Assembly (NCBI GenBank): GCA_030704615.1
Contig: CM060734.1
Coordinates: 7,750,001 to 7,814,000 of the forward strand
Length of the DNA: 64,000 bases
Source of the DNA: Takakia lepidozioides
Taxonomy: Eukaryota; Plantae; Bryophyta
Direction: 5' to 3'
How positions within the stretch are numbered: the stretch's first letter is position 1; the number at the start of each line of letters is the position of its first letter. The translations under genes and the position numbers were made by a program. The notes under the pieces are model-generated. The model did not search any database. It was given only the letters and a program-made list of their open reading frames with translations, and had not been told where the DNA came from. This document shows positions 25,001 through 35,396 of this stretch, piece after piece.

Positions 25001-27849
25001 AGGTCTTGAAGCGAGTGGACAAAATGAGGGAGAGCCTCTTGCAAGGCCTGGACATGCTCAGCCTTGACCTCTTCATTTTGGAATTTTTCTATGCGCCACT
25101 TCCGAATCGAACATTTCACAGATCTCTTGGTGTTGGGAAAACACCTTTTGATCTCAGTCCAAACCAGGAAGTGGTCAGATACCAATCAGTTCTGTCGATC
25201 CAACACATTGGCACTCTGGGGAAACAAATCTTTGTCCATTATGATATAATCCACAATGGAACGTTCCCCAGTTTGGGCTTTCTCACGAGTCCACTGCACT
25301 TGGTCTCCGTTTGACCTATTATTCAAGGTCAAAAGCTGAAGTTCTTCTAGACAGTTTATTAACCGTCTACCATTAGAATTCAGCTCATCCTCACCAAAAG
25401 GCCCAGTGGTATCATCCTGATGAAGACCTTTGCCACCCGGGCATTGAAGTCACCCAATAAGACCACCTGACCTTTGGCGAGGAACTTAGCACAGTCCAGC
25501 TTTACATCTTTGAAGGCTTTGTCTGCGTCAGCACTAAGGGTCCCCTCTGTGGACATGTAAACATAACCCACAAAGAGGTCCTTCGTATTCATGCCGCCCT
25601 TCAATTTCAGTTTTAGCCAAATACTGTGCTCATACCGCAAACCCTTGTTGATAATTTCACAATTGTCACACAAGAAATCACGGACAAAGAAGCCAACCCC
25701 TTTTTTACCACGTTTGGCAGAGGCTGCCTTAAGAGCGCACATCTTACCGATCCATTTATAACCATTGACATCTCCAACCAGTTTGTCCGAAGTTTCCCAT
25801 GTCTCTTGCCCAGCAATATCATTTGCCCGAACAACTTGTCCCACTTCGAATTGTTTCCTTTGGTTTTTCAGCCCTGAGAAATTGAAAGTGCCCAGCCGCA
25901 AGCCAGCCCTTTGCATATGAACTGTTTGTCGTCTAGGTAGCCTATGGTTGCTCCTGGACGGCTAACCATTCTGCAAAGGGGGGACAATTACCCCGTGTGT
26001 AGAAGGATTGGTAAACAATTCAGAGTACCAAATCCTTCAGTCACATGACGCTCACGCTCAGCACTCTTAGGGTCAGCTTGTCTGTCTGACTGCTTGGAGT
26101 CAACCTCATCCAGTTCATCAAACCGGTTAGAAACTTTCAAGTTGAAGTCCCTGCCCTTGGTTGTCTTCCTAGAGCGCCTCATTGAATCACCAATGTCTAA
26201 GACCGCTCTCCAGCCAGTCAAGGGACGAACTTCTTTGAGATTGAATTGTTGTGAGACTCTATAGTAGCATTTTTGGGCATTGCAACCTTCAAGTACCTCT
26301 GTTATCAAGTCTCGAGATGGAACCATTAGCCATACAATCCAAGCCTAAGCTGGAGCATGTAATTTTAAGGGACACATCGTCCATCCTAGGATTGACCCCA
26401 AAAACTACACATGAAGCCCTAGATTTGGCATAAGTAACCAATTCCCAGGAATCACCCTGGGGAGCGTTGTTATTGATAAGAGGTAATGTATTGGTAGAAT
26501 TCTCAGGCTATAAGTTTAAGCACAAGGACCAACCCTAGCCCAAGTGCCCAATTTGGGCGGAGGGGCTGCCCCCAAGCGTTAGGGGTCGGCTTGTTACCAT
26601 TCAGAGATCACACTCTAGGGAGCTGCAGGGAATGGCCCGCGTAGGCATATTCTAAAAAGGGAAGGCCCCAAACTCTCCAACTAAATCCAATGCACTACCT
26701 TACCTGAATCAAAGCGCTTCAGGTCAAAACAAACAAAGAAACGGGGTCACAAGGCCGGCATTTAGTCATAGAGACATTTATGTACTCCCGTGTCAAGTCC
26801 ACCCAATGGCAATAGGCTTCCTAGAGGACAGGGAGAGACCTCAAACCGTTAGAAATAGACACAGAGGAGGAAGAGAGCTTTCACTAGAGCACAAGCGACA
26901 GGGAAAAATAGGTATTGTGTACTTTCTCTCCGATAACTACAGAATCAGGGGAAGAGAAGGAAAGGGTGGTAGTAATGAGCTTACCAGGGATGTTGATGGC
27001 AACGTCAAGAGGTTGCGGATCTATACGCACAGCCTGGGGGTACCGAACGTCAATCAGCAAGTATGGAGTGGGGTCGAGCTCTACAAGCTTTCTCACAGCC
27101 AGTGGACGTAAGTGAACGAAGTGGGGGGTATCGACAGGTCGGGATGGCGTGCTGTTGATAAGTGACCCGCTAATATCCCCTGATTGGTTCTGTCGGCGCC
27201 TTGCCAGCACTCTACGCAGCTGGCGCACACCCCACGCCAACAATGCAATCTGAGACAGACCCAAAACATCCTCAATTGGGCAGGTTTATGAGGGATTCGA
27301 GACTTTGATATGTGCCCTAAGAGTATTGAAGCATCCAACGGGACGTTACCATGAATTTCATTTCCTCCCACTGAGAAATTTCGTGATACACTTCAAATCA
27401 GCTAGGGTTTCCACGATAATGAAAACACAGACCTTGATCTCTCAGAGCCAAACTTCATCATCATCGTTTAACTGTTCGAAATCAAACTGATCAATTTTTC
27501 TAGCTTCCCATCATTGTATTTTCTTTGTACCATCTAATTCACCAGCCACCCGAACTATCAATTCGCGGATGCATCCACGCACAATTGTCCATGGAGGAAA
27601 TCATTCGTCTGGGATCACTGAGCTGATCATGGGCTCTACATGCTTGATTCAAACGACTAATGCGATCTCCGAACACAAACACAGTCAGCTTCTTACCTCC
27701 AGCAGAAAGGTGAGAGAACCTCCAACATTTTGCACGCGCAACCGCCCCCTCTTCTTCTCCGGCTGCGAGGTCTCGTCGTCTGGCTGCTCCGACAGCCCCC
27801 GGCTGCTCGCGAGCACATGTGGATCGTCCCGGGGATCCTCCATCGCCAT
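9869..27849 (-). CDS. Tandem rhodanese-like domain protein with a probable N-terminal membrane segment; 9 exons, 379 aa
   Basis: Hand-built exons: 27849-27697, 27249-26985, 13625-13463, 12443-12360, 12196-12051, 11573-11475, 11048-10988, 10346-10271 and 9961-9869. All introns are GT-AG, phases are consistent, and the 1140 nt have no internal stop. Domain 1 reads YLLIDVR..AINIPE..LVFLSTRGKRA..ADLGY..VLKGG. Domain 2 reads HLIDVRRHDERALYGHIQGSLHVP..VILHCRTSRRASWAA..GLKRCFVYKQGVSGW. Confidence 0.9.
12959..13003 (-). mobile_element. About 45-bp 3' tip of LINE family A embedded in a (GA)n microsatellite
   Basis: AATGTACTCATAAGATGTTGTTTGCCGTAGCCTTGTGGCCATTG is the reverse complement of the family A 3' end, with GA repeats on both sides. 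Confidence 0.8.
13007..13045. repeat. (GA)n microsatellite
   Basis: Directly visible dinucleotide run. Confidence 0.95.
15969..20500 (+). mobile_element. Near full-length degenerate LINE family A copy (APE endonuclease-RT-CCHC) interrupted by a hAT MITE
   Basis: The 5' region matches the reverse complement of about 26400-26838. Endonuclease relics are RLGTFN, GDF, IVDYL and SDHFLVW; RT shows LMFADDF. It ends in a CT-rich tail at about 20500-20535. Confidence 0.88.
17804..18604. mobile_element. Non-autonomous hAT-type element (MITE), 801 bp
   Basis: TIRs CAGTGTTGGCCGGGTA / TACCCAGCCAACACTG; exact 8-bp TSD GTTCAGAC (17796-17803, 18605-18612); many subterminal CCGGTT motifs. Confidence 0.93.
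20536..21845 (+). mobile_element. 5'-truncated LINE family A copy directly behind the CT tail of the previous copy
   Basis: ORFs 20433-21167 and 21092-21841 are near-identical to the 4650-5874 region. A foreign insert of about 75 bp lies at about 21023-21098, and a (CT)n tail at 21847-21868. Confidence 0.9.
21872..21975 (+). mobile_element. Short 3' fragment of LINE family A
   Basis: CCTGACAGAGGTAG...GGCCACAAGGCTACGGCAAACAACGTCTTATGAGTACATTCTCTC. Confidence 0.85.
22345..26838 (-). mobile_element. Full-length (about 4.5 kb) degenerate LINE family A copy
   Basis: APE motifs RLGTFNFSGL, GQETWE, LLGDFNARV and SDHF; RT motifs KAGGPDGI, NYRGITLL and MFADDF; C-terminal CPLC..H. The 16-bp TSD CCTCAAAC(A/C)GTTAGAA lies at 22329-22344 and 26839-26854. 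Confidence 0.93.
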
Positions 27850-28494
27850 CGCTCCTCCTCTCTCTCCTCAGGCTCTCCTGCACTGCTGCAGTGATGTGTC
27901 CGCTTCTACTGGAGTACCAACCATCCAGTATTCCTCATCTTGTTCATCCGTCCCTCCCATCTTGGAATTACCTTCATATAGGTAGGAAAGTGCCTCCACG
28001 GAGGTTACGATACTAAAATCGACTAAAATCGACTACCACTCATAACTAAGGCTCTAGAGCTTAAGCGTTACCTTCAGAAAGGTAATCTTCTCCATTTGTC
28101 ACACATCTACTACTCAAGTGATCCTGGGCTCAAATCCTGGAAACGACCATCTCCATGCTTTATCCTAGTACTTAGGTACTACCTAAAACATGTCCCCTTA
28201 TGGTCAGGAGGTGGTTTTTCTGCCATTTTTGCCCCTCCGTTAAATGGCAGAATATTCAAAGTAGGTAGGAGAATGCCCCATAAAGTCGCAGAATGCACGA
28301 GTAGTTGGCAGAATGCTCGGGTCCTCCATGTTTCGGGTAGTTTCTATAGCAGGCAGGTACCTAATTGTTTTTGCGAGGCAACTATGATGTTTCATCTACT
28401 TCACTGTTTCCTCTACTTGCATGCAACTTGGTGAACCTCAACAGTCGTGCTGTGATTCATGAAATTGTCTCTGAAAGATAACAGGAACCAGTAA

Positions 28495-28620
28495 TGCCAT
28501 GGTCATCTGTGTTCTCAAGGCATGTATCAGCCTAGGTAAAGAGGTCCATGCTGACATCGTCAGGGATGGAGTTGATCCAGTTGTTGCTCTGGAGGCTAAT
28601 TCCCTTGCTACTATGTATAT
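28495..28620 (+). pseudogene. Relic of a PLS-class pentatricopeptide repeat gene
   Basis: From 28502 it reads VICVLKACISLGKEVHADIVRDGVDPVVALEANSLATMY, matching the L-to-S motif pattern VLKAC..GK.VH..I...G...N.L..MY. There is no intact ORF. Confidence 0.65.
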
Positions 28621-29096
28621 AACACAAAAAATTTAAACAAAAATTGAAGTGCTTCGAAGTTGAGCATCAAAGTGTACTTGGCTGAGATAGGCTGAGACAT
28701 AGAAAACATGTTCCCTAACTTGAGCAGAGGGTGACCGACAAATTGGTGCATGCTATTCATTATTTATCATGTGCACAACAGCTCCAGCTCTAGCAAAATA
28801 ACATAGACCTAATTTTGGTCTCACATTTACCTAGGCCTTGAATGAGGGATGCTAGATCGTGAGCGGTGAGCCTGTGCTCACATGAGCGGTGCTGCCCCAG
28901 GTTTCTTGTAAAAAGGTACTGTACGCAATTCCGCGGATGGCACCCATAACCGCGAGCAGGATGTCCATGTAGGCATGCCAGTGACAAGGTTATATGAAGA
29001 GCACAAATGCCAAAGATCCAACCGATTGTTGCGACATTGACAGTGGGCACAATGAAGATTACTAATTAAGGGGAAGGTGGTATAGTAGATGGGTAA

Positions 29097-29890
29097 TTAG
29101 GGTTTTTTTAGGGTTTTTAGGATTTTTTTTTCCCCGCAGATGCCACTGAATTTTTTTCTTGTTTTTTCGGGTTTTTAGGGTTTTTAGGGTTTTCATAGGG
29201 GGTTCCTAGGGGGCTTTTATTTTCCCCGCAAATGCCACTGAAAGTAGTGTGCGCTGCCGCACACCACTTTCAGAGGATTTTATTTTTTTGGATTTTAAGG
29301 GTTTAGGGTTCTTAGGGTTTGTTTTAGTGTGCGGTGCCGCACACCCCTTTTCAGGGTTTTTTTTTTTTTTTTTTGAGTCTTTTAGGTTTTTTTTAGGGGT
29401 TTTAGGGTTGTTTAGGGTTTAGGGTTTAGTGTGCGGTGCCACTGAAAGAGGTGTGCGGTGCCCCACACTCCTTTTCATGGGTTTTTTAACTTTTTCTTAG
29501 GATTTTTAGGGTTTCTTAGGGTGGGTTTAGGGTTTTTTAGGGTTTTTTTGAAGTGTGTGGTGCCACTGAAAGAGGTGTGCGGTGCCTTACACCCCTTTTC
29601 AGGGGTATTGTTTTTTGTTTTGGGGGGGGGGGTTTAAGGTTTTTTTAAGGGTTTTTTAAGTTTTTCTTTTTTTCTTTTTTCCCGCATATGCCTCTGAAAG
29701 TGGAGTGCGGTGCCGCAGACCACTTTCGGGGTTACTTTTTTTGGGGTTTTTTTAGGGTTTTTCCCCCCAGAAATTGATGTGGGGTACCGCACACCACTTT
29801 TAGGGGTTTTTTTTAGGGTTTTTTTGCCCACAGATGCCGCTGAAAGTAGTGTGCGGTACACTTTCAGGGGATGTGTTTTTTTTTTTTTTT
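29097..29890. repeat. Array of about 35-bp hairpin units separated by degenerate TTTAGGG/T-G-rich tracts
   Basis: About seven or eight full or partial copies of TGAAAGTRGTGTGCG-GTGC-CGCACACCMCTTTCA, with TTTAGGG and TTTTAGGG between them. Confidence 0.85.
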
Positions 29891-32767
29891 GGGCAATTGC
29901 CACTCACAATGGAGTCGTCTTGTTTGCAATATGCAGCATAAGTCAGCTTTGACAGTCCTATCTATTCATTGAACCCATGGGCTCTTATTTCATAATGGGG
30001 TCTAATTCCTCATATTGTACATGCCTATTCCAATGGTTATAGGTCCAGCAGGAATAGGTACTCTTTCTTCGACCGCCCGTCATGTGGCATTTGCTGACAT
30101 GGCCTTCGCTCGTGCTGACGTGGCATCCGCTCACGCTGATGTGGCCTGAGCGTGGGTTCACGCCGCGTCAGCCCCGCATGAGCGTGTGCTCACGCCTCAC
30201 CACTCGCGCCGTTGCGTCGCTCGCCTTGAATGACTAAATGGCATATGACAGCAGATGAAGACTTAAAGAACGACTTTCTCCCAATCAAGATAACACGGCC
30301 AGATCGGCTTGTATCTGATTCAATGCTGCTGAAGTCCTAACTTCATGCTCTATCAGGTTACTTAGTACTGCAAGTGAACAGAGAAACTAACACGTAACCC
30401 AGAAACAAATCACAAGAATAGTTTGTATGATCACGGTCTCATCAAAATCTAGTTCAGCATCAGGTGAAGTGCAACTAAAAGTGAAACTCATCAACTATCC
30501 ATCACGCTTTTCGAGCACAGTTTTGAGAAGATCAACTATGTTGAACGGATCCTCGTCCCGCGGAGCAGTGCTCCGCCCCCTCCCTCATGCTCTTGCTCCT
30601 ATCTTTTAGCTATGCCTATCTTTAGGGTTCCGCTAAATTCCTCAATCACTTAGTTGCGGTCCCGCCGAGCCTCCTGGAGAAGGGAAGAAGTGTACCAGGT
30701 ATGCATGCGAGGCCACCCTTTTGGCCGGGGAGACTTCATGCCCAAATATTTGAGGTCCTACTTGCGGTCGCGGGCTGCACTCCAGTGGGAGTTGGGGGCC
30801 CGGTGTGGGATGGTAGATAAACCCTCCTGCTGCTCGCCTGTTGAAGGGGGCAGAGCCCGATCCACCATTAGAAGGCTCGAGTTGAGGTAGAAGGTCGCAT
30901 ATGGTACCTTACGACAGGTGTAGAACGGCGAAATCCGCACTAGAGGAGCCAGAAAATAGCTTAAAAGAAGCGCAATGAAGTAGATGTAGGGAGCATGCTT
31001 GCAACGGGTGGAGAAGTGGCGAGGCCAATGCTTGAGAACACAACGGGAGGTAGCAGAGGCCTTGGATAAAAACAGCTGCCGCGCCAGTACCCCACCCAGG
31101 CTTTAAGCTCTCAAAAGCACCCTCCCACCCCTCGAGCTCAAGGGATATGCATCCTCATCGCATCAGCTTCGCTCTGTACGACATCCACAGCCCGTCGAAA
31201 GGCTAAAGGGTGGCTCACGGCGAAGGGCTACATGTTCTCTGCTGGTTTGCACCCTGAAACACGCCAGTCCCTTCTACCTCACAACCCTGCTACTGGCGTT
31301 CTAGCTAGTTCCTGGGATCTACGATATACAGGCGCATCTGTCTCCCCTCCATCAAAGAAGACAGCTGCTGCTACAAGAGACTACCTTCGAGGCCCCTCCA
31401 CACCCTCGCCACTGCAGCGTCACCCCGACAAGGCTCTATGGAGGTCAAGTTCATCATGGGAGTCCAAGAATGGCCGCAGCTGGCTGCAGGCTTGGGCATC
31501 TGGGCTCACCAGGAGCCTCACGTACCGAAGGGTAGCTAACATACAACCTGTTGATGACAGGCCGGGCCCTTTGGGATGATCTCACCCCCCAGCCAACATC
31601 GTCAGACGATTGCCCCCGACTATCACATGCACAATCGACTCTCAGGGAACTCTCTTAACCCCCCCCCCCATTTATACTCGTCTCTTTCTGTCCAATCTCC
31701 CCTTAGATCCCAATGGCTCACCACTAGAATCTGTCTCCCTACCAGGATGTACCGTGCTCAATTCCTCTCATACACTCGCCTTTGGCAATTACATTTCTTG
31801 CAGGCTCACTCTTTCAATTCTCAAGTACAGCTACCGATCACTGCCCGGGCCTCCCCACACAATGACGTGTACAAAGGGCCACACATCGAATCCTGCTGCA
31901 CGGCCGCTGATATGGGCCCTCAAGCCCACTTCTACATTTCACTACCTCAGGCAGCTCTTACTCACGCCGCCACTGTATACTACTTTTTGCAACTTATTAC
32001 CTGTATGTATCACTTACCTCTCAATCACAAGATTTTGTCCTCTCTTCCCACTCGCCCACAGTATACTAATCATGCCCCACTTGTTCTTGCCTCTCCTGTT
32101 AGCTTTCACAGGCAAACCACCCTCTGCTCAATCCTCTTCCATACAGTCAATCCTCCCATGCTTAATCTGGTACACTCATTAACACCCATTCCCAATCACC
32201 CGTACACACTACATCCCCTCACTCTCTCATGGTCTTCTCACTCCCTATATCACATTACACCATACCCTCCCATCCGCTCGGAATGTACTTCACCAATTAC
32301 ACGGGTAAGCCCTTACTATCCTCCTAAATCTTCTGCTAGAGTTCTCCTATCATATAACAATACACCACTCTTATCTCTCTACGCTATCAAAATGCACCAC
32401 TGCCCCGGTAGTCACTCTCGGTTGATTTTCTTTCGTGCAGTTACAGACTCAGCTCTCTTCCTCCAAGGCATGCCTAGCTTCTCAACGAAAGCACACGACA
32501 CACACTGGATACATGGACCTGCATCACATGCAGGCCTTTCCATACATGGACTTGTTTTCTTTATATGTAAATGTTCTCCTACACACATTTCATTCCCAGC
32601 TCCCTGAGCTGCTTATATCTTCACATCTTTTTCACCAGCTCCCCGAGCTGAGTCCATCTCTCTCCACTACTTCTCAGCTCCCCGAGCTGCACATCACTAC
32701 ATCACTACGTACAAATATGCCCAGCTCCTCGAGCTGTACACTACTCTACAAAAAAAAGCCAGCTCCC

Positions 32768-33285
32768 CGAGCCTCTTGTTGATGAACTTAAGAAGCTATG
32801 GAGGGGGGTCCCGGCATTGGAAGCTTCACTTGACCCTGTGGCCGGACAATCTTTTCACATGAGAGACATCTTGCTTTGGACAATGCATGATTATCCAGGT
32901 ATATTATGTTCCCCATCAACAACCCGTGTACATTCACTTGTCAATGCCGGATAATATCGATGAGAATTGGGATTGATTGAAGTAGCGGCGACAGTCTTGT
33001 GCACCGTAGTGGGGTAGATGACATTATGGGCCATGCACATAACAACTTTTTATTTTTGCTAATGTGGCAGGATGTGTAGTACAGGACTAACTGTTTGCTC
33101 GGGGCTAAGCACCAAAGGGTACCATGCATGCTTGCATTGTGGCGATGATCTTGATGCATATAGCTCCCGCCATCTTCACAAGATGGTGTATCCCAACTAC
33201 CGCAAATTTTTTCCTATGAGCCATCGATGGAGAAGAAGAGAGAAACACTTGTTTGATGGCAAAGATGAAGTATGTCCTCCCAAAA
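32768..33285 (+). mobile_element. CACTA/EnSpm Tnp2 (Transposase_21-type) fragment with an intron
   Basis: EPLVDELKKLWRGV...FHMRDILLWTMHDYPG, then a GT..AG intron, then LTVCSGLSTKGYHACLHC...YRKFFPMSHRWRR..FDGKDE. Confidence 0.85.
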
Positions 33286-33369
33286 CAAAAAACAGCTCCA
33301 TTAGCTGCACACTACTATACACCAACATACCCAACCCCCCGCAATATTTAGTGCTGTATACGTATATAC

Positions 33370-34121
33370 CAGTGTTGGGCAGTTCTTGCCTTTGTGAAGG
33401 AACCTTCGGTTCCGGTTCCACAAATTTTTGAAGAGACGGTTCCGGATCCGGATCCGGTTATTTCTTATTAAGGCGGTTCCGGTCCGGTTCAGGTTCCGAC
33501 TTTTTAACATGGGGGCGGTTCCGGTTACCGGTTAGTTGCTGGAAAAAAAACACCGGTTCTTGGTTAGGTTCCGGTTCTTGTTTAAAAATATATTAAATTC
33601 TTTTAATTTTTTATTCTTCTGGAAAATTAGATGAACTGATCTGATTGGTCATACTGAGAATTTTCAACTAAAACCAGGGAATTTATTAGTAAAACAGAAG
33701 TAAATAAACTTATATGTTTTTTGTGATTGTCTTTTATGGTATATATAACTAGTTATATACGCATGGTCTCCATTAAAAACGAAAAACCAGAGATTTTATA
33801 AGTTGTCGTACGGTGTAACAAAGAACAACTAAAACAAACTAACTACATAAGGATCTTAATTCAAAATACAAAACAAATTAAACATGTGTAATTCTATGGT
33901 TACTTTTTATGGTGCAGCAAAAGCACAACTAAAAAAAACTACATAAATTTGGACCGGAACCGGAACCGCTTTGGAGCTGGAACCGCCGGTTCCGGTTCCC
34001 ACACAATCCCCAATGAGCGGGAGCGGTTCCGGTTCTGCACAGGCGGGTCCGGTTCCGGTCCGGTTCCACATAACCGGAACAGGCGGTTACCCGGGGCCAG
34101 GCGGGTAACCGCCCAACACTG
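33370..34121. mobile_element. Second non-autonomous hAT-type element (MITE), 752 bp
   Basis: TIRs CAGTGTTGGGC / GCCCAACACTG; exact 8-bp TSD GTATATAC (33362-33369, 34122-34129); dense CCGGTT/AACCGG subterminal repeats around an AT-rich core. Confidence 0.93.
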
Positions 34122-35396
34122 GTATATACCCCACCTTCCAAGGCACACACACCCTCCCATCCCCACCCACCCGGTTCCCTACACTCTGCAATTTTCTTTT
34201 ACATACACACCCAACTGTCAAGAGATCACTACCCCTCTTTATTCATATGTATGACAACAACAATACTCAATGCGCAGAACTGCCGCAACAGTCACAAAAA
34301 ATGTCACCCTTACAAGACTGGGACCCCAACTACCTACCACCTATACATGAACAGTCATCTACTGCCCATGCCCATGCCCAACGTCCACACAACTATACCA
34401 CATGCCCCCAACCTGCTGCTCGCATCACACAAATTGGAACCACAACTCATTCTTGAAATGCCCCCATCCCAAATCCTACCTCCATCACATATCCTGGCAT
34501 GACACCCCCACAACCTGCACCCCCAAAACGCCAATTAAAATCTGCAAAACACCCCAACCCACTTAATCTGTGGTCATCTATCATCATATCCCCCAACCCC
34601 ATGCAGACCACAACTAACCCCCCCACCCCACCCATAACTACATCCTATATTTCCAACACAGTCTACCACAGTCACTGGACCCCCCAACCCACCACAGATA
34701 GTAAATGACAGGCATATCTACTCCTTAACTCGCACACATTCCCTCACACCATACACCCCGTATATCTCAATACAGTAAAGCATCACTGCTACGCATTACA
34801 CTCACAGCAGCCACTACATTACACCTCCCAGGATAAGCACATCATATGGACTGGCATTATAACACCTGACCACCCTAGAAAGCAGCACTGGCCCATGATT
34901 CTGGCCAAAAGACACTTACTCTTTAATACGCCCTTCACCACCTGAACTAAACAGCTTTTTGCACCCTATCAAAAAAGTCCACATTTCCTCCTCCCCTTAC
35001 CACCCCACCCCCCTTTCATCTTATTTCCCTGGCTCACAGGACCAACTCGAGGCGCCTGATAGCCCTTGCTCTTGAATCTCCATTATCACCACACTGCCCC
35101 ATTACACCTCGCCACCCTCCAAATCCGCCCAGCCGCCATCCCTACACAAACAAATAACGGCCATCATTAAAACGATACCCAGCAGCTGCCAACGCTCACC
35201 CAAACACCACCCCGCCCCCGCCACCTCCAGACGACCACAAACACTTCATATCGCAGTTCACATACCTCACGCGCGCACGTCTCTCCAGTGTTGCCGTCGC
35301 CTCTGCTGTAGTCACTCACTCACCCACTACTCCCTCCCACCACGCACTAGCCCACTCCACCCCCCCACACCCTCTGCATTCCCCATCAATATTTGT

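Noticed and set aside
27539-27985. ORF-track calls 27539-27883 (-) and 27569-27985 (+)
   Set aside because: Wrong frame or strand; the supported exon is 27849-27697, which splices in frame to the rhodanese gene.
29097-29890. True telomere or CRISPR array
   Set aside because: It is interstitial, TTTAGGG copies are not in clean tandem, and the spacers are low-complexity.
31576-32607. 343-aa and 190-aa ORFs
   Set aside because: Low-complexity C/A-rich sequence with no recognisable motif; probably decayed retroelement leader.
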